DNA from: Takakia lepidozioides
Taxonomy: Eukaryota; Plantae; Bryophyta
NCBI GenBank assembly: GCA_030704615.1
Contig: CM060733.1
Location: 42,842,001-42,906,000 of the forward strand
Length of the DNA: 64,000 bases
Direction: 5' to 3'
Part shown: positions 37,001 to 49,081 of the stretch, piece after piece
Position numbering within the stretch: position 1 is the stretch's first letter
How the letters are laid out: each line of letters starts with the position of its first letter
Position numbers and translations under genes: made by a program
The notes under the pieces: model-generated
What the model was told of the DNA's origin: nothing
The model's database searches: none
Seen by the model: only the letters and a program-made list of their open reading frames with translations

Positions 37001-37119
37001 CACCACTCGGAAATAGGTGACATCCGCGGAAATAGGCACTGTTTGCATGCTGACGTGGCGTGAGCCTGTGCTGGGCTCACGCTTTCCTGGGCTCACAGGC
37101 TCACGGAATAGCACCCCCC
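31061..37119. mobile_element. Foldback-like MULE derivative: 1.1-kb inverted arms around a 5'-truncated ParB-MTase gene
   Basis: 31061-32177 is the reverse complement of about 35969-37119, and near-identical ORF translations appear on opposite strands. Both outer ends read GGGGGGTGCTATTCCGTGAGCC. No TSD was found. Confidence 0.88.
32456..36190 (+). pseudogene. Second, diverged ParB-MTase gene lacking exon 1
   Basis: FHVWDGNHRLLAW (32903-32917), AELIILDIPDG (35197-35208) and GARERSPAF..VLDLSMGTGASYHAC. Intron positions match copy 1. Compensating indels near 33617-33655 create a stop at 33647-33649. Confidence 0.82.
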
Positions 37120-38339
37120 TTGTAATACAGGCCGCTTCCCCACCTCCATAACCGCCGCTGCTTCATCAATGAGGAAAAAACGTAGGCAAACATAACAGTA
37201 TGTCATTTGCCATCGCGGGAGATGAAAGTGTCTGCCGTCATCGCGCGTTCAAAAAACAAGAACACACCCGTTCGGATCTTGCTGCTTGGGCATTCAGCCG
37301 CCATCGAGCATTCGTCTGCCATCGCCCTCTTCCAGAGAAAAAAAACACGCACGATATCGTGTTGTGTCTAGGGCAGAGAGACACTTAAAGGAAAACCACC
37401 CGCGATTTCATCCACCATCCGGTATGGATGGTATCAGACCAGGATGAAAAATGGGCATTCAATAGGTTTAAATCAAAGGAGTATAAACCTAAAATGCATT
37501 GAAATGCATATCTGCCTGTAAATCATCCAGTTATGGTTATAACAGAAATTTCATTCAGTATGGATGAAACCTTAAAAACCCTCTTGGATGAACCTGGACC
37601 TCTATCCCTGGTCCTTTAGCTACCCCTGTTTGTGTACAAATCATGAATACTTGCTGCTAGCAGCTGACACTGACGGCGTGAAGTTCTTCCAGCAAACCCC
37701 AACCCTAATTATTACAGTAGTTCTAATTCTAAATTGCATCTACTTCTCTCTAGTGTAGTCCAACATGCATTCACCTTTTTGTCTCCATTGTCTCGCCATT
37801 GACTGGGGTCGAAAAAGTGTTCATTCCAAAGCTTCTCCTCATCTCTATTACCTGTTTTTGGATACTTTCATGCCGCCAAACAGAGCAAAACAGGCTGAAA
37901 TAGGTCAAAGAAGAAGGTATCCTCACCACATTGTCCTTTACCTTGTATCATGACCCATAGAGGATTTGACCGACCATCAGCCCAAAAGGACCCCTTGTGT
38001 GTGCTGCTTGTATCTGTAGTCAGGTAATGTTGGATTGGTATGTGAGATCGAACCACCACGGTGCAGCTGAGCAGGCAGAGATTGAAACACGGCCTGCTAA
38101 GACCAAGCTGACTCTCCCAAGAACGGCGAGCGTCTCCTCGTCTCGTCTCTCTCCCAAAAACGGCGAGCTCACAAGAATGTTGGGATCTTCTCCTCGTCTC
38201 CTCTCCTCCTCCTCTTCTCCTTCCTGCATCATTTGCTCAAGAGTAGGAAGGTCTCCAAAGCCTCCATCCCACGCCCCTGCATATCCTACGATCATCGCGT
38301 TCCATGACACAACATCAAATAGATGGTGAAACGCAGGAG

Positions 38340-39072
38340 ACAAAAAAGCCCGGTGTAAAGTTCGGCGGTGTAATCTTAAACCGTTAGATCTTAAACAATC
38401 TAGACCGTTAGATCCTGTAAAATCTAACGATTCAAAATAATTTCCATCACATGATCTAACCTTGTACAATCACGTATTTAAATCTCATATATCTTGCGAT
38501 CCTTGTTAAGCCACGTCCATCCAGGTCCAATTTATTGAACAAATATCAAATCGACACACCGTATAGGCGGATGGATGAACCCATCCATTGAATGAATTCA
38601 TTAATGTATATGCATTTTAAATGACATGTGTAATGATGTAGTTATATATATAGAGTTATGAAACAATTTGCAGTAAGGGACTCATAAGTTTACATGCCAT
38701 GTCATCGATGGATAAACTCATCCAATGGATGAATACATTCATGTATGTGCTTTCAAAATGACACGTGTAGGGATGTAGTCATATAAATAGAGCTGTAAAA
38801 CCATCTTCAGTTATGGAGTCACAAGATTCCATGAAACGTCGTCCACGTCTAGTCAAACATATCACACTAGTCATAAAACCATCCTTGTCATCATGGTAAA
38901 CAATGTTTGACCAATGCTCCCTAATTTTCCGGAGTCATGTAGTGATATCCATTACTATAAAGTGATAAAACTATGACTGCAACGCATTTCAGCGCTCTGT
39001 AGTCGTATACCTAGTGCCGTTTTTATGACTCCGCCAAATCCGTAGTCCTAAAAACGCTCATCTCTTGTAATG
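38340..39072. mobile_element. Possible right end of a CACTA-like element
   Basis: Ends in cttgtaatg, one mismatch from the CACTACAAG complement, at the point where the retroviral protease frame begins. It has TATGACT/AGTCGTA subterminal motifs, a degenerate ~140-bp tandem duplication (about 38610-38835) and ACCGTTAGATC repeats. Confidence 0.4.
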
Positions 39073-39639
39073 TACTGATAGATGGAGGCTCTGGAGTAAA
39101 TATCATGACAGACCAATTAAGGAAGAAGCTTGGTCTAAGTAACATGAAACCAGCCCCATTTACAGTAACAATGGCAGATCAAAGAAGTGTACAACCATTG
39201 GGATTAATAAGAGGAGTTAAGATACAGATACAAAAGATGATCTTTATGATCACAGTGACTGTGTTGAAGATGGATGAAGTCATGGAGGCTTACTCCTTAT
39301 TATTGGGACGTCCGTGGCTGAAACAGACCAGGGTATTCCATGATTGGAATTCTCAATTACTAACTGTGCATAATGGGATGCACAAGATACAAATTACCAC
39401 TAAGAAATCTAGCAGATTACCTGCTACGAGAAGACCTCGAGGGGTCAGGGAGTATGACTGGAGGGGAGGACTGGATGAGGAGCAAGAAGCTACTTTGTTC
39501 GCTGCACACCCAGAGTGGGAGCAGGTTGCAGAGATGCAGCTGGAAGGCCTAAGTTGTTTAAAAAGTATCCAGTTCATGATACAATTTCTTCAAAACTTTG
39601 AGCCTCGGACAGGAGTTACTCAGGTGAGGGAGTAGATAT

Positions 39640-42600
39640 AGAAATTACTCCCCAGTACCTGCAGCAACTGTTTGATTTGCCATCAGGACATGTGGAGGTG
39701 GATGAGCACAGGGCAAGATTGCAGATAGAGAATTTGTTCCAAGAAGGGAGTTTATTTAAAACTCAAGGTTTTGCTTGTACCAAAGCCGAGTACCCAGGGC
39801 TTAGGGAGGTTGGCCAAATCTTGAACGTTCTGTTTGCCATGAAACAGAACCAACAGTATTTGAGCAGGTCCTTTACAGAGGAGATCCTGAAAGCTTTGAG
39901 GGGAGATGATGTCGCTTGGGCGGAGTTAATGTACAACGGATTGGTGGACGAGATGAAGAGGTTACAGAGCACTACTGCAAAGTCTCCGATCATTGTGTCT
40001 GGTCCAATCATTGCTCAAATAATTCTTGATTCTTGCATACTTGATACTCGGGAGAGAAAGAAGATGAGAGTGTTTGAAACAGAAACCACTGCCATTGAAG
40101 AGCAAAACTCTTCACATAGTGAGGGTGGACTAGCAGTGCAGCCCCAGTCTAAGAGACAGAGGTGGGGAAAGACTGTAGTGGCGGATCCACTGGCTTCACG
40201 GAAACCGCATGATAATGTTTCCCAAGCTCTTGTGTAGGAAGGGGCACAGCAGCACAGAGAGCTGCTATTATTGGAAGCAGGGCCTTCAGAGAGGGAGGAG
40301 GAAGTCACTTCGATGTCACAGCCACCACAACCAATTGACTCTGTTGTTTTAGAGGTTCCACAGTTAGTATATGCTGTGACATCACCCCCAATTGCTCAGG
40401 AAGGAGAAAGATTAGACATTCCCACTACAGAGCAGGTCGTGGCCGAAATTGAGAAGGGTGACTTTCTCTATGAAAATTCTGGCTTGATAAGGGAAACAGT
40501 GATTCCAGAGGTGCAGCGATTATCTAGGGGAAACCCTAATGTGCATGTAATAACCACACTTGTGATGGAGGTACCAGGGGGAGAATATCAAGACACTGCA
40601 GCACCTGTGGTGGATGAGGTGGTTCAGGAAGAAAATCTGGTAGGGCAATGGCCTGAATGGTTCGTGAGGCATCACACTGTTGAGGATCAGGGAGAACAGC
40701 AGCAAACTCACCATGATGACCCTCAGCAGGCCATGCTTATGAGTTCCATAAGCAGGACACTTAATTTGTTGGGCACTTATGTGAAATCCCATGTTCCATC
40801 TACCCAATTGGCAGCTTTGAGGGAGGAACTCAGGAAGGAGTTTGAGGCTCGACTTGCCACTGAGTGTGCAAACAAGGTCGATGAGGAGGTCACTCTCAAG
40901 TTACAGCAAGAGTTAGAGGATACAACAGCTGCTTTGCAGTTGGCCAAGGAACATTTGATTGAAGCAGGCCTCGCGCAGGACCAGTTGCACGAAGCACATA
41001 AGCAACAACTATACCAAATGCAGGTGAAACATGAGAGCAAGTTGCAAGAAATAAATGCATTACATACGGAGTTGCAGACAGTGCATGACAGGATGGTCAT
41101 ACAATGTGCTACACTCACAACTACGCTTGAGCAAACTACAAAAGAAGTTAACAACCAAGCGGAAAGATGTATAAAGGCACATGCAGATAATGTCGAGCAG
41201 ACAAAACTCATTGTTGATATGAAGAATACAATCTGTCGCAATGAGAATACTTTCAAGCAATACAGGCAGGTTGAAGCTGACCAAGAGAGGTACATCCTGG
41301 AATTGCAACAAACGGTCATGACCAATAGAAATGAACTCTCTGTCGCTAACAAGGCTTGGAAGGAAGCCAATAATCTGGTTGCTGCCTATGCGAGTTTGGT
41401 TGAACCTCATGCGAAGCGCATGGAGGCTTTACAGCAGCAGTTAGATATGTACAAACTCCAAGAGGAGCAAACTCTCAGAGGTGCCACAACCAACTTGGTG
41501 GATAACCATCTTCTGCAGGTCTGGTTAGCACAAGGACCGGTGGAAGGCAAAGCACCACGGAAGCTCATCCAAGGCGAGATGAATGAGCTCAGACTACAGG
41601 TGCAGAACATTGCCACAACTACTATAGACAATGTCTATAGTAGGATAGTCCTTGCGTAGCAATCCCTCCAATCGCAGCTCCTTCAGTAGTTGCACCGCCT
41701 GTGGTGCAGCGATCGTTTGCTTCTGTAAAATTGTGGTGCTTTTCACCCTGATATCTTCCATTCCTCTCACTCTCTTCATTCTGGACAAACAGACAGGTTT
41801 TGGTTGCAACAATTGAAGAAACGCTTGCAGCCTGCAGACTCAGGTGGACCTCCTGACATCATATATTGATAAGAGAGTCTTTGTACCTGAGGAGCAGCTG
41901 ATGGCTTCTTATTTACAAGCCAGAACTTTAGCTTTTCAGTCTTCTTCGCAGGGGGTGCAGGAGATGCCAGTGGTACAAGAGCCAGTGCTATCAATACCAC
42001 AACAAGTGACTGTGACAGTAGCTGACCCTGTTGTTACTACAGCCACACCACAGACGCCACAGCCTGAGGTATGGGGGGATGCTGATTTTAACCCACCTAA
42101 GACACCTGCTACACGAGAGTACAGTCGGGCTATGATTATGCCCTTCAACCAAATTCCAATTGTGTTGGATTTGGCTTGGAAGGAATTTAGTCCTCCGCAG
42201 TCGTTGGCACATTATTACCAGATCATGCGCATTTGGCTGCCAGTGGCAACTAGGACTAAGGTTCTTCCAAACAATCGACCAATTGAGGATCATCACTTTG
42301 CGAGGTACTAACATGAGGCAAGTACCATGTTGAAGGAATTAATTGCCTTCCAAGTTGTACATGGATTCATTTATACCAAGACCAAGGATGTAGCAAGTAT
42401 TGTCATGGGCTGCGGATTATACTATGCTGCTTGTTTTCTGGCACGTTATCACATTGAGCAGCAGAAGATGCAATCGCGCTTTTTGAGTTATTCCAGTGGG
42501 GATCATTGGGTCTTACCTTCAGTGCCACCTCATATGTACCTATATGAGGCAAAAGTTATGATGCAAAAGGATTCACAAATTCGTTCATGGTTTCATTCGG

Positions 42601-43133
42601 CCTGGAACAATTTGTCAACACAGAAATTTGGCCCTGACGATATTTTCTTTAAGGGACATTAGGCATGGAAATACTTGCACAATTCACAAGTCATTGGCAC
42701 ACCACTCACCTTTACGGACAAGGAGTTCAGGGTCTTAACCAATTTTGCCATTCAGCGCTTACAGCAAGTTTTGCAGTTTAAACTTCCAGACATGGTGGGA
42801 CCACATTGTATGCCCCAGAGAATTCCAGTTAGAGTTCGACCGTTAAAACACCTCAGGGGGGACGAGGATTCTGATACTACTGTTTCTTCAGCGGACTCTT
42901 TTGACATGGTAGAGGACTATGCAATTCAGATGGCAGAGAAGAAACGACGGGGATCTCCTATGCCTGAGAGGTTACCTCGATATCAGCCAAAGGAGGGATT
43001 GACATTTCCAGGTAGTACTCAATCATCTCCGTCAACCAGTGACAGGACTCGGGCTCGTACACGGAGTCCTTCACAAGACTCTCACCGTCAGAAGGGTTCT
43101 CGCTCACAAAAGTTTGCTAATCCCAAACAGTAA
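39640..43133 (+). pseudogene. Retrotransposon accessory ORF (plant-transposon-protein-like N-terminus, coiled coil), broken by stops
   Basis: Consecutive plus-strand ORFs are separated by single TAG/TAA codons at 40235, 41657, 42309 and 42660. A heptad-rich E/Q/K region lies at about 40.8-41.5 kb. Confidence 0.6.
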
Positions 43134-43154
43134 ACCGTGAGGACACGGCTTTTT

Positions 43155-43168
43155 GAGAGGAGGAGGGG
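43155..43168 (+). other. Polypurine tract
   Basis: gagaggaggagggg lies 4 nt before the TG start of the LTR. Confidence 0.8.
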
Positions 43169-43172
43169 TAAA

Positions 43173-43981
43173 TGTTAGAGGGCTGCTTGGGACTTAGACG
43201 CTTTTACGGGATCTGTGGGGTACCCTTAATTTTTACACAGACTGAGACCAACAGCCCGACACAGTCCATCACAGTCCAACACAGCCGACACAGTCACCAC
43301 AGCCGTCACAGCTTCGCACAGCCAACACAGCCCGTCACAGTCTGACACAGCCGACACAGCCGATCACAGCTTCGCACAGCCGACACAGCCCAACACAGCC
43401 AGTCACAGCCCTACACAGTCGCCACAGCTTCGCACAGCCCTACACAGCCCAACACAGCCAGTCACAGCCCGCCACAGCCTGATACAACCAGTCACAGCTC
43501 GGCACAGCTGGGGGACAGTTATCATTGGCAGGGAACGACTGTGGGGGAACGACATCTGAAAAAGGAACGTGTACTATAGGGATGACGGTTAGTTAGGAAA
43601 GCGGTTAGAACAGCTTGTAGGTAGAAAAAACGAAGAGCGGGGACGTCTGGGAATCACTTCTTGGGGGGGGGGACTTCTGGCATCACGGCTTGGGAAATAG
43701 AGGGGAGAGCACATCACTGAGTGGAAAGATGAAGAGCACGGAGTAGGAGAAGAGACGATCTGTTGTTACTTGATGAATGCAAGCTGTAGAATTGTAATGT
43801 AGAGTAGATTAGAGACCCCATGGCTTCAGCCTGATACTTGATAGATATTAATCTGATACATACTTCATACTCACACTGTGTAGAGAAACCTGAGTGAAGC
43901 TGTGGAATGAATGGATGGAACTTGATAGATTTCTGAAGCAAACTGATACTTAATTGCTGACAGTAAGGTAACTCGCTAACA
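43173..43981 (+). mobile_element. 3' LTR, about 809 bp
   Basis: Begins TGTTAG just after the PPT and ends CTAACA, the terminal inverted hexamer. Confidence 0.75.
43245..43520 (+). repeat. CACAG(C/T)C tandem repeat with a 9-11-bp period inside the LTR
   Basis: More than 20 cacag units are visible. Confidence 0.9.
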
Positions 43982-44125
43982 TGAATGCGGGAAGGAGTAC
44001 AAATAGGAAACACCCCCATGATACACTAGCTGTAGGTCATGACTGATTGTTCTGAGCGGGCTGAGTGCTTAGAGATTTCCAACTCTTCTATCTTGGAGTT
44101 TCCACCTCGGATAGCGAAGGGATAG

Positions 44126-45716
44126 GTGAGTAAAAGCCGCTCGACAGCTTTCATCACGAAGATGCCACCAGTTACTAAGGGGAGTGCCGGTACGAGCACC
44201 AGCGTTACTAGTAGGTATACAAGACGAGGTGTGCGGTTTAGACCACCTTCATCTTCAGTGTCTTCTGAGGAAGGTTCAGATTCAGAGTTAAAAAGATTCT
44301 CGCCGAGGGTGCAAGCCATTTTCGTGCCAATGTTGTGGGATACGATGGAGGAAATGTATGGAGCTACCAAGGAGCCACGTTGGTACTCTGGAGGTGTGGG
44401 CACCATTGAGCTTGATGATTTCATACAAGAGTTTGATAGTTGGTTGATTTGCAGCAGATGTATAATCCACAACTGTTTACGTCTTTTTATGGCATAGAAT
44501 GGGTTGTTTTAGACCTTGAGGGGCCGCCCATGGATGACTACCATGAGTTTAGGCGCATATGCTAGCCGCTCGAATAATGATGCTGAGGCGAAGTATAGCT
44601 CATATGAAGGAGAGTGTCTAGCTGCAGTATGGGCAATGACACATTTCAGATGCCATCTCTATGGAAATCTCTTCACCCTTGTCATGGATCACCAACCATT
44701 GAAGTGGTTGATGGAGTTAGACAAGCTTATAGGGAAGCTTGCACGGTGGACACTTATGCTTCAAGAGTACGACTTCCAGGTGATGCATCGAGCCGGTATA
44801 GTCAATCGGGATGCAGATGGGTTGAGTTGTAATCCATGCACAAGCGAGCATGATGATACTGGAGCTCGGTGGCATGGTGAGACGGATGAGGAGATGGTGC
44901 CAAGATCGCATGCATCTGCCTTTTTGTGCATCCTAGCAATGGGAGCTCAAGCTGGTCCATCCCATAGGATTGGTCATGTAGATGATGTGTATGACAATCC
45001 GGAGATCATTGAGGAGCTTGGTGGTGCTAAGAATGTGCATGAGGATGCAGCAGTGTTGGCCTACCTTCGTACATGAGAGACAGCAGCCAGTGTGACTACT
45101 AAGGAGAGAGATCGGATCCTACAACAAGCCAAGAGGTCCAAGTGAGATGGATTCACCTACTCCGAGTATAGGAGGATGGACAAGTGAGGATTGTGCCTCA
45201 TCCAACACAACGAGTGTGATTGGTACGCCATGTTTATGAGGAGTTGGTACATTTTGGAGTGCGGTGCATTCATAGTTTGCTGCCATGATAATACTAGTGC
45301 GGGCCTGCACACGAATGTACAACAGTTAGTGGCAAGGTGCATGGTGTGTGATAGTGTACGGGTCTTTCCAATGCATGCATCTACTCCACAAATACATCCT
45401 TTACCCATTATGGGTTTGGGCTATCGTTGGAGTCTTGACTTCGCAGGCCTTTTGCCACTAATAATTCGCCATAACAAGTATGTGCTGGTGATGGTAAAAC
45501 ACCTCTTCAAATGGATTGAACTAGTGGCATTGCCTGACAAGGCAAGTGAGGGGGCTGCGTATGCATTTTTAGATTGAATTCTTAGCCAATTTGGTGCTCC
45601 GGCCGAGGTGTTCACAGACTAGGGGAGAGAGTTCTTGGGGAAGTTTTAGGCTTTGTGTGAGCAAGCCTTGATAGATCACCGCACTACTTCTCGGGATCAT
45701 TTCGAGGCTGATGGCA
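44126..45716 (+). mobile_element. Degenerate Ty3/gypsy fragment: gag start joined by deletion to RNase H and integrase
   Basis: gag LWDTMEEMYGATK; RNase H AYASRSNNDAEAKYSSYEGECLAAVWA...DHQPLKWL...RW.LMLQEYDF; integrase H..H..C..C and RWSLDFAG...GAPAEVFTD.G.EF. Many stops. Confidence 0.9.
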
Positions 45717-47476
45717 GTTTCCCGGCTGAACCTTGTTTAGAGTTCCACTAATATTTAATTCTTGTTTGTGCATGTAGGCCATTATGAAAGTCACGTCTCG
45801 CAATCAACACAACAGAATAAAGAGGTGCTCATGAAGGCCTCTTCACAGATCTGATGATAGTTTCCCCTCTAGCGTTACTTCACCAATTAAATATCTCTAT
45901 AACAATCGTGGCTTGGGTTGATTGAGAATCCATGTTTGAGAGCCCATTAGAACTATTGAGCCATATCCTCATGCATCATTTATTTATCATGTAGGTGCTT
46001 AACATCTGAGTACTGAAAGAGTCCATCAAGCAGCCGGTTCAAATGGTAGATGTGAAGCGATGGCATGGACATATTAAGCGATCATGAGTAGATCGTTGAT
46101 TTTTCTTCTAGTTCACAATGTCCCTACAGAGGCCAATAATTTTAAGTCTAAGAATTAGAGGCATAGAGTGAGAAGGAATTGAAGTGGTTGCTTGCAAACA
46201 GATTGGACTACAATGGGTATGTTCACGCCACACTCTCATATTGGCTTCCACTTGTAACAGCGTATGCTTAATATATGAGCTTTCTAGCTGATTGTCATGG
46301 CAATTCGAAGCCGAGTACTTGTGGTAAATCTGGGGAACTCAAACCAGTCTCTTTTCAAAAATGTGAGAAGTTGGATAATTACTTATATCCAACTGGTATG
46401 TTAAAAAATGAATAGCAGACCAACACCATGTATACTCAATACCGCGTCCTCCATGAACATTCTTGCAATGGAGAAGACAAAGCAAAAATGTCACAAGAAC
46501 ATACATTCACACATACCAGCATTAGGGTAGACGTTGGGAACAGACATCATGACTACCACGTCTTTCTGAAGAGGCCTCAAGAATTTTTTTTCATTCTAGC
46601 AAGAGTGGTGTGCACTCCCTTAGGTCGCACCCCTAGTGGAGTTACCTTCCACCGGCATCATCTGTTTCCATGTCAAACGTATATATTAAACCGTATTAGG
46701 GACTGCAGCATGATAGTGATGTGATCTCTTCTAGTCATTGTAATAAGCTGTTGAAGAAGTATGAATATGATGCATGGAGAGTTAGTCAGGATTCCATGGA
46801 AATATAAGCATTGGCAGCTTCGATACCAACGTCCTATTGCTGAAGTACAAGGCTTAAGTAGACTGTATTAGTGGACTCCATCAACATGATGTGGTCTCTT
46901 CTAATCATTTTGACATAAATTAACTGAAGAAGTACTCTAACATTTTAGGAACAAAAAGGCTATGAGCAATATCAATCATGATTCTCGAGCATCAAAGCAC
47001 TCTCAGGACTTCCTCGAGTGGTTTTGGATGACTCATGTCGGAACAATCAAGGTTAGTCCAGTCCGAAAACTTGAGTTCTACATTGCAACATTGAAGATGT
47101 TTTGAATGCGTGACCTATCCGGTAGTAGCCATATATCCATATAACTTATCGCCATATATCGTCACGTATCTAGCATATGCCATAAGAAGGGTGTGTGCCA
47201 ATGGACCAAAGGACATGGTAGACGGGTAAGTTTATCCTTAGGGTGTATAAACCAGACTGGTATAAACGCTGTGTGTCGTGTATAGATAACAGACTTGTGC
47301 ATGATCACATCAGAATTGGTTATTGGATTGATGGTTACCTACAATGAGCTGAAGTGGAGGATACCTTGGAGGTCTTGAGATCTAAACTCCATGTGATCCA
47401 CATGATTGGGGTAAAAAATCATTGTGATTGATTTTTTTTGCTTTTGTCAACTTGAACTTTTGGAGTCAAGCAACGC

Positions 47477-47810
47477 CATAAAAGGCGTAAACAGTTGTGG
47501 ATTGCGTATCTGCTGCAAATCACACCAACTATCAAACTCATGTATGAAATCATCAAGCTCGATGGTGCCCACAACTCCAGAACACAGACGTGGCCCCTTG
47601 GTAGCTCCATACATTTCCTCCATCGTATCCCACAACAATGGCACGGAAATGGCTTGCACCCTCGGCGAGAATCCTCCTAACTCTGAGTTTGAACCTTCCT
47701 CAGAAGACACTGAAGGTGAAGGTGGCCTAAACCGCACATCTCGTCTTGTATATCCACTAGTATCGCTGGTGCTCGTACCGACACTCTCCTCAGCAACTGG
47801 TGGCACCTCC
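47477..47810 (-). mobile_element. Ty3/gypsy gag fragment, same family
   Basis: RFRPPSPS...PLLWDTMEEMYGATKGP...IELDDFIHEFDSWCDLQQIRNPQLFTPFMA. Confidence 0.88.
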
Positions 47811-49081
47811 GGGATGAAAACTCACAACCACACCTGTTGTAAACCTGTCTCTAATCCCCATTTCCACAAGGTAACCGGGTAGAGAACCTGTTGCGGCTTA
47901 TCCACTGCTGCTTGCAGAAGCTGCCGGTGTAGCTGCCGGTGTCACCACATGACAATCATGTGAAGAATGACGGGTGTATTGGTCACCTGACTATGTTTCC
48001 ATCACTAGAGGCACAAGGGCTGAGTTTAATGATGAAAATGCCCGTACATGCATATATGCAAATTCGCAAGGCTCTAAGTGCCTCTGGTACAAGATTGGAA
48101 TTGCTATGAGAGCGTTTTGGCATTGAGGATTAGGTGGGAACAGCAGATAATATTAAACAAAATGGTTGAGGGCAAAAATAAGACCTATACCTCAACTTTG
48201 CAGTTAGGCACCTTGCCAACCTTGGCTAAGCAGGTGGAGGAAGACGATGATTCAACTTATGGAACAGGCTCTGATCCCAGAGAAAACAGGAAGGGAGAAA
48301 GAAAGCAAAACAGAGGAACAAGAAGAAGGGGGCTAGGTGCTCCCCCATCAAAGCAGTGGTTGAGAGAGAGAATGACCAACAAGCAAGCAGTTATCCTGTG
48401 GGAGAATTCTCTGGTAAGTGAAGTGCCTCCAAGCTGTAGAAACGTTGGATCCTCAGTGTTACCTATAAACCGCAAGAAGTCATTTGTAAAGGCACCGGCA
48501 TAACCCTATGCTTTAGCAATGATTCTCGGTTGCGGTTTGGCGACCTGAATATGTTGGTGGGTTTCTGGATTAATGTGCCTGTTTTTCTGGCCTCCATGGG
48601 TTATTTTTCAATTCTCCATGACCCTTCACCGGGAAAAAAAAACTTCACTAAAGAAGGGCACTTATTTTAGAGGCCTTCTTGACCAGAAAAAGAGTGGGTG
48701 TTGATTGGTAAGGCACAAGTGAACTATGTGGAATGATTATGGGGTCCACGGCGAGAATATGCCATCTGAATATGTGATGCCATTCCGAAAGAGACTGGGT
48801 CTGCTTGCAGGATTCGCAAATGAATCTACTTTGCTATGGCCGCGCCGTAAGAAATACGTAGTGTGTAAAGGGATTACGATTATGTTATGCTGAATTTTTC
48901 TGTGGAGAACTCGGGCGATCGAGAAGAAGAGTGACAATCCGGATCAGAGCCGAGTTTTTGCCAAGATGATTGTCAAAAACTTTGGTTTGTAAGGTTCAAA
49001 TGGTTGTGCAGAATGCAAGATTCAGGGAGGGTCGGCGGTAAGCGAACCACCCCCCAGTGATTGGCAGCAGATCTGAGGACG

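Larger units (their letters stand above)
39072..43981 (+). mobile_element. 3' part of an internally deleted Ty3/gypsy LTR retrotransposon with a long extra ORF
   Basis: Aspartic protease (V)LIDGGSGVNIM...LLLGRPWLK at 39.07-39.33 kb, with no RT or integrase. A degraded long ORF spans about 39.6-43.13 kb, followed by a PPT and an LTR. Confidence 0.8.

Noticed and set aside
31048-37130. Target-site duplication around the foldback element
   Set aside because: The flanks (aatcccggcactc and ttgtaatacag) do not match.
45720-47420. Possible gene or element in the AT-richer stretch, including a short duplication at about 46720-46935
   Set aside because: No convincing ORF, termini or motif could be supported.
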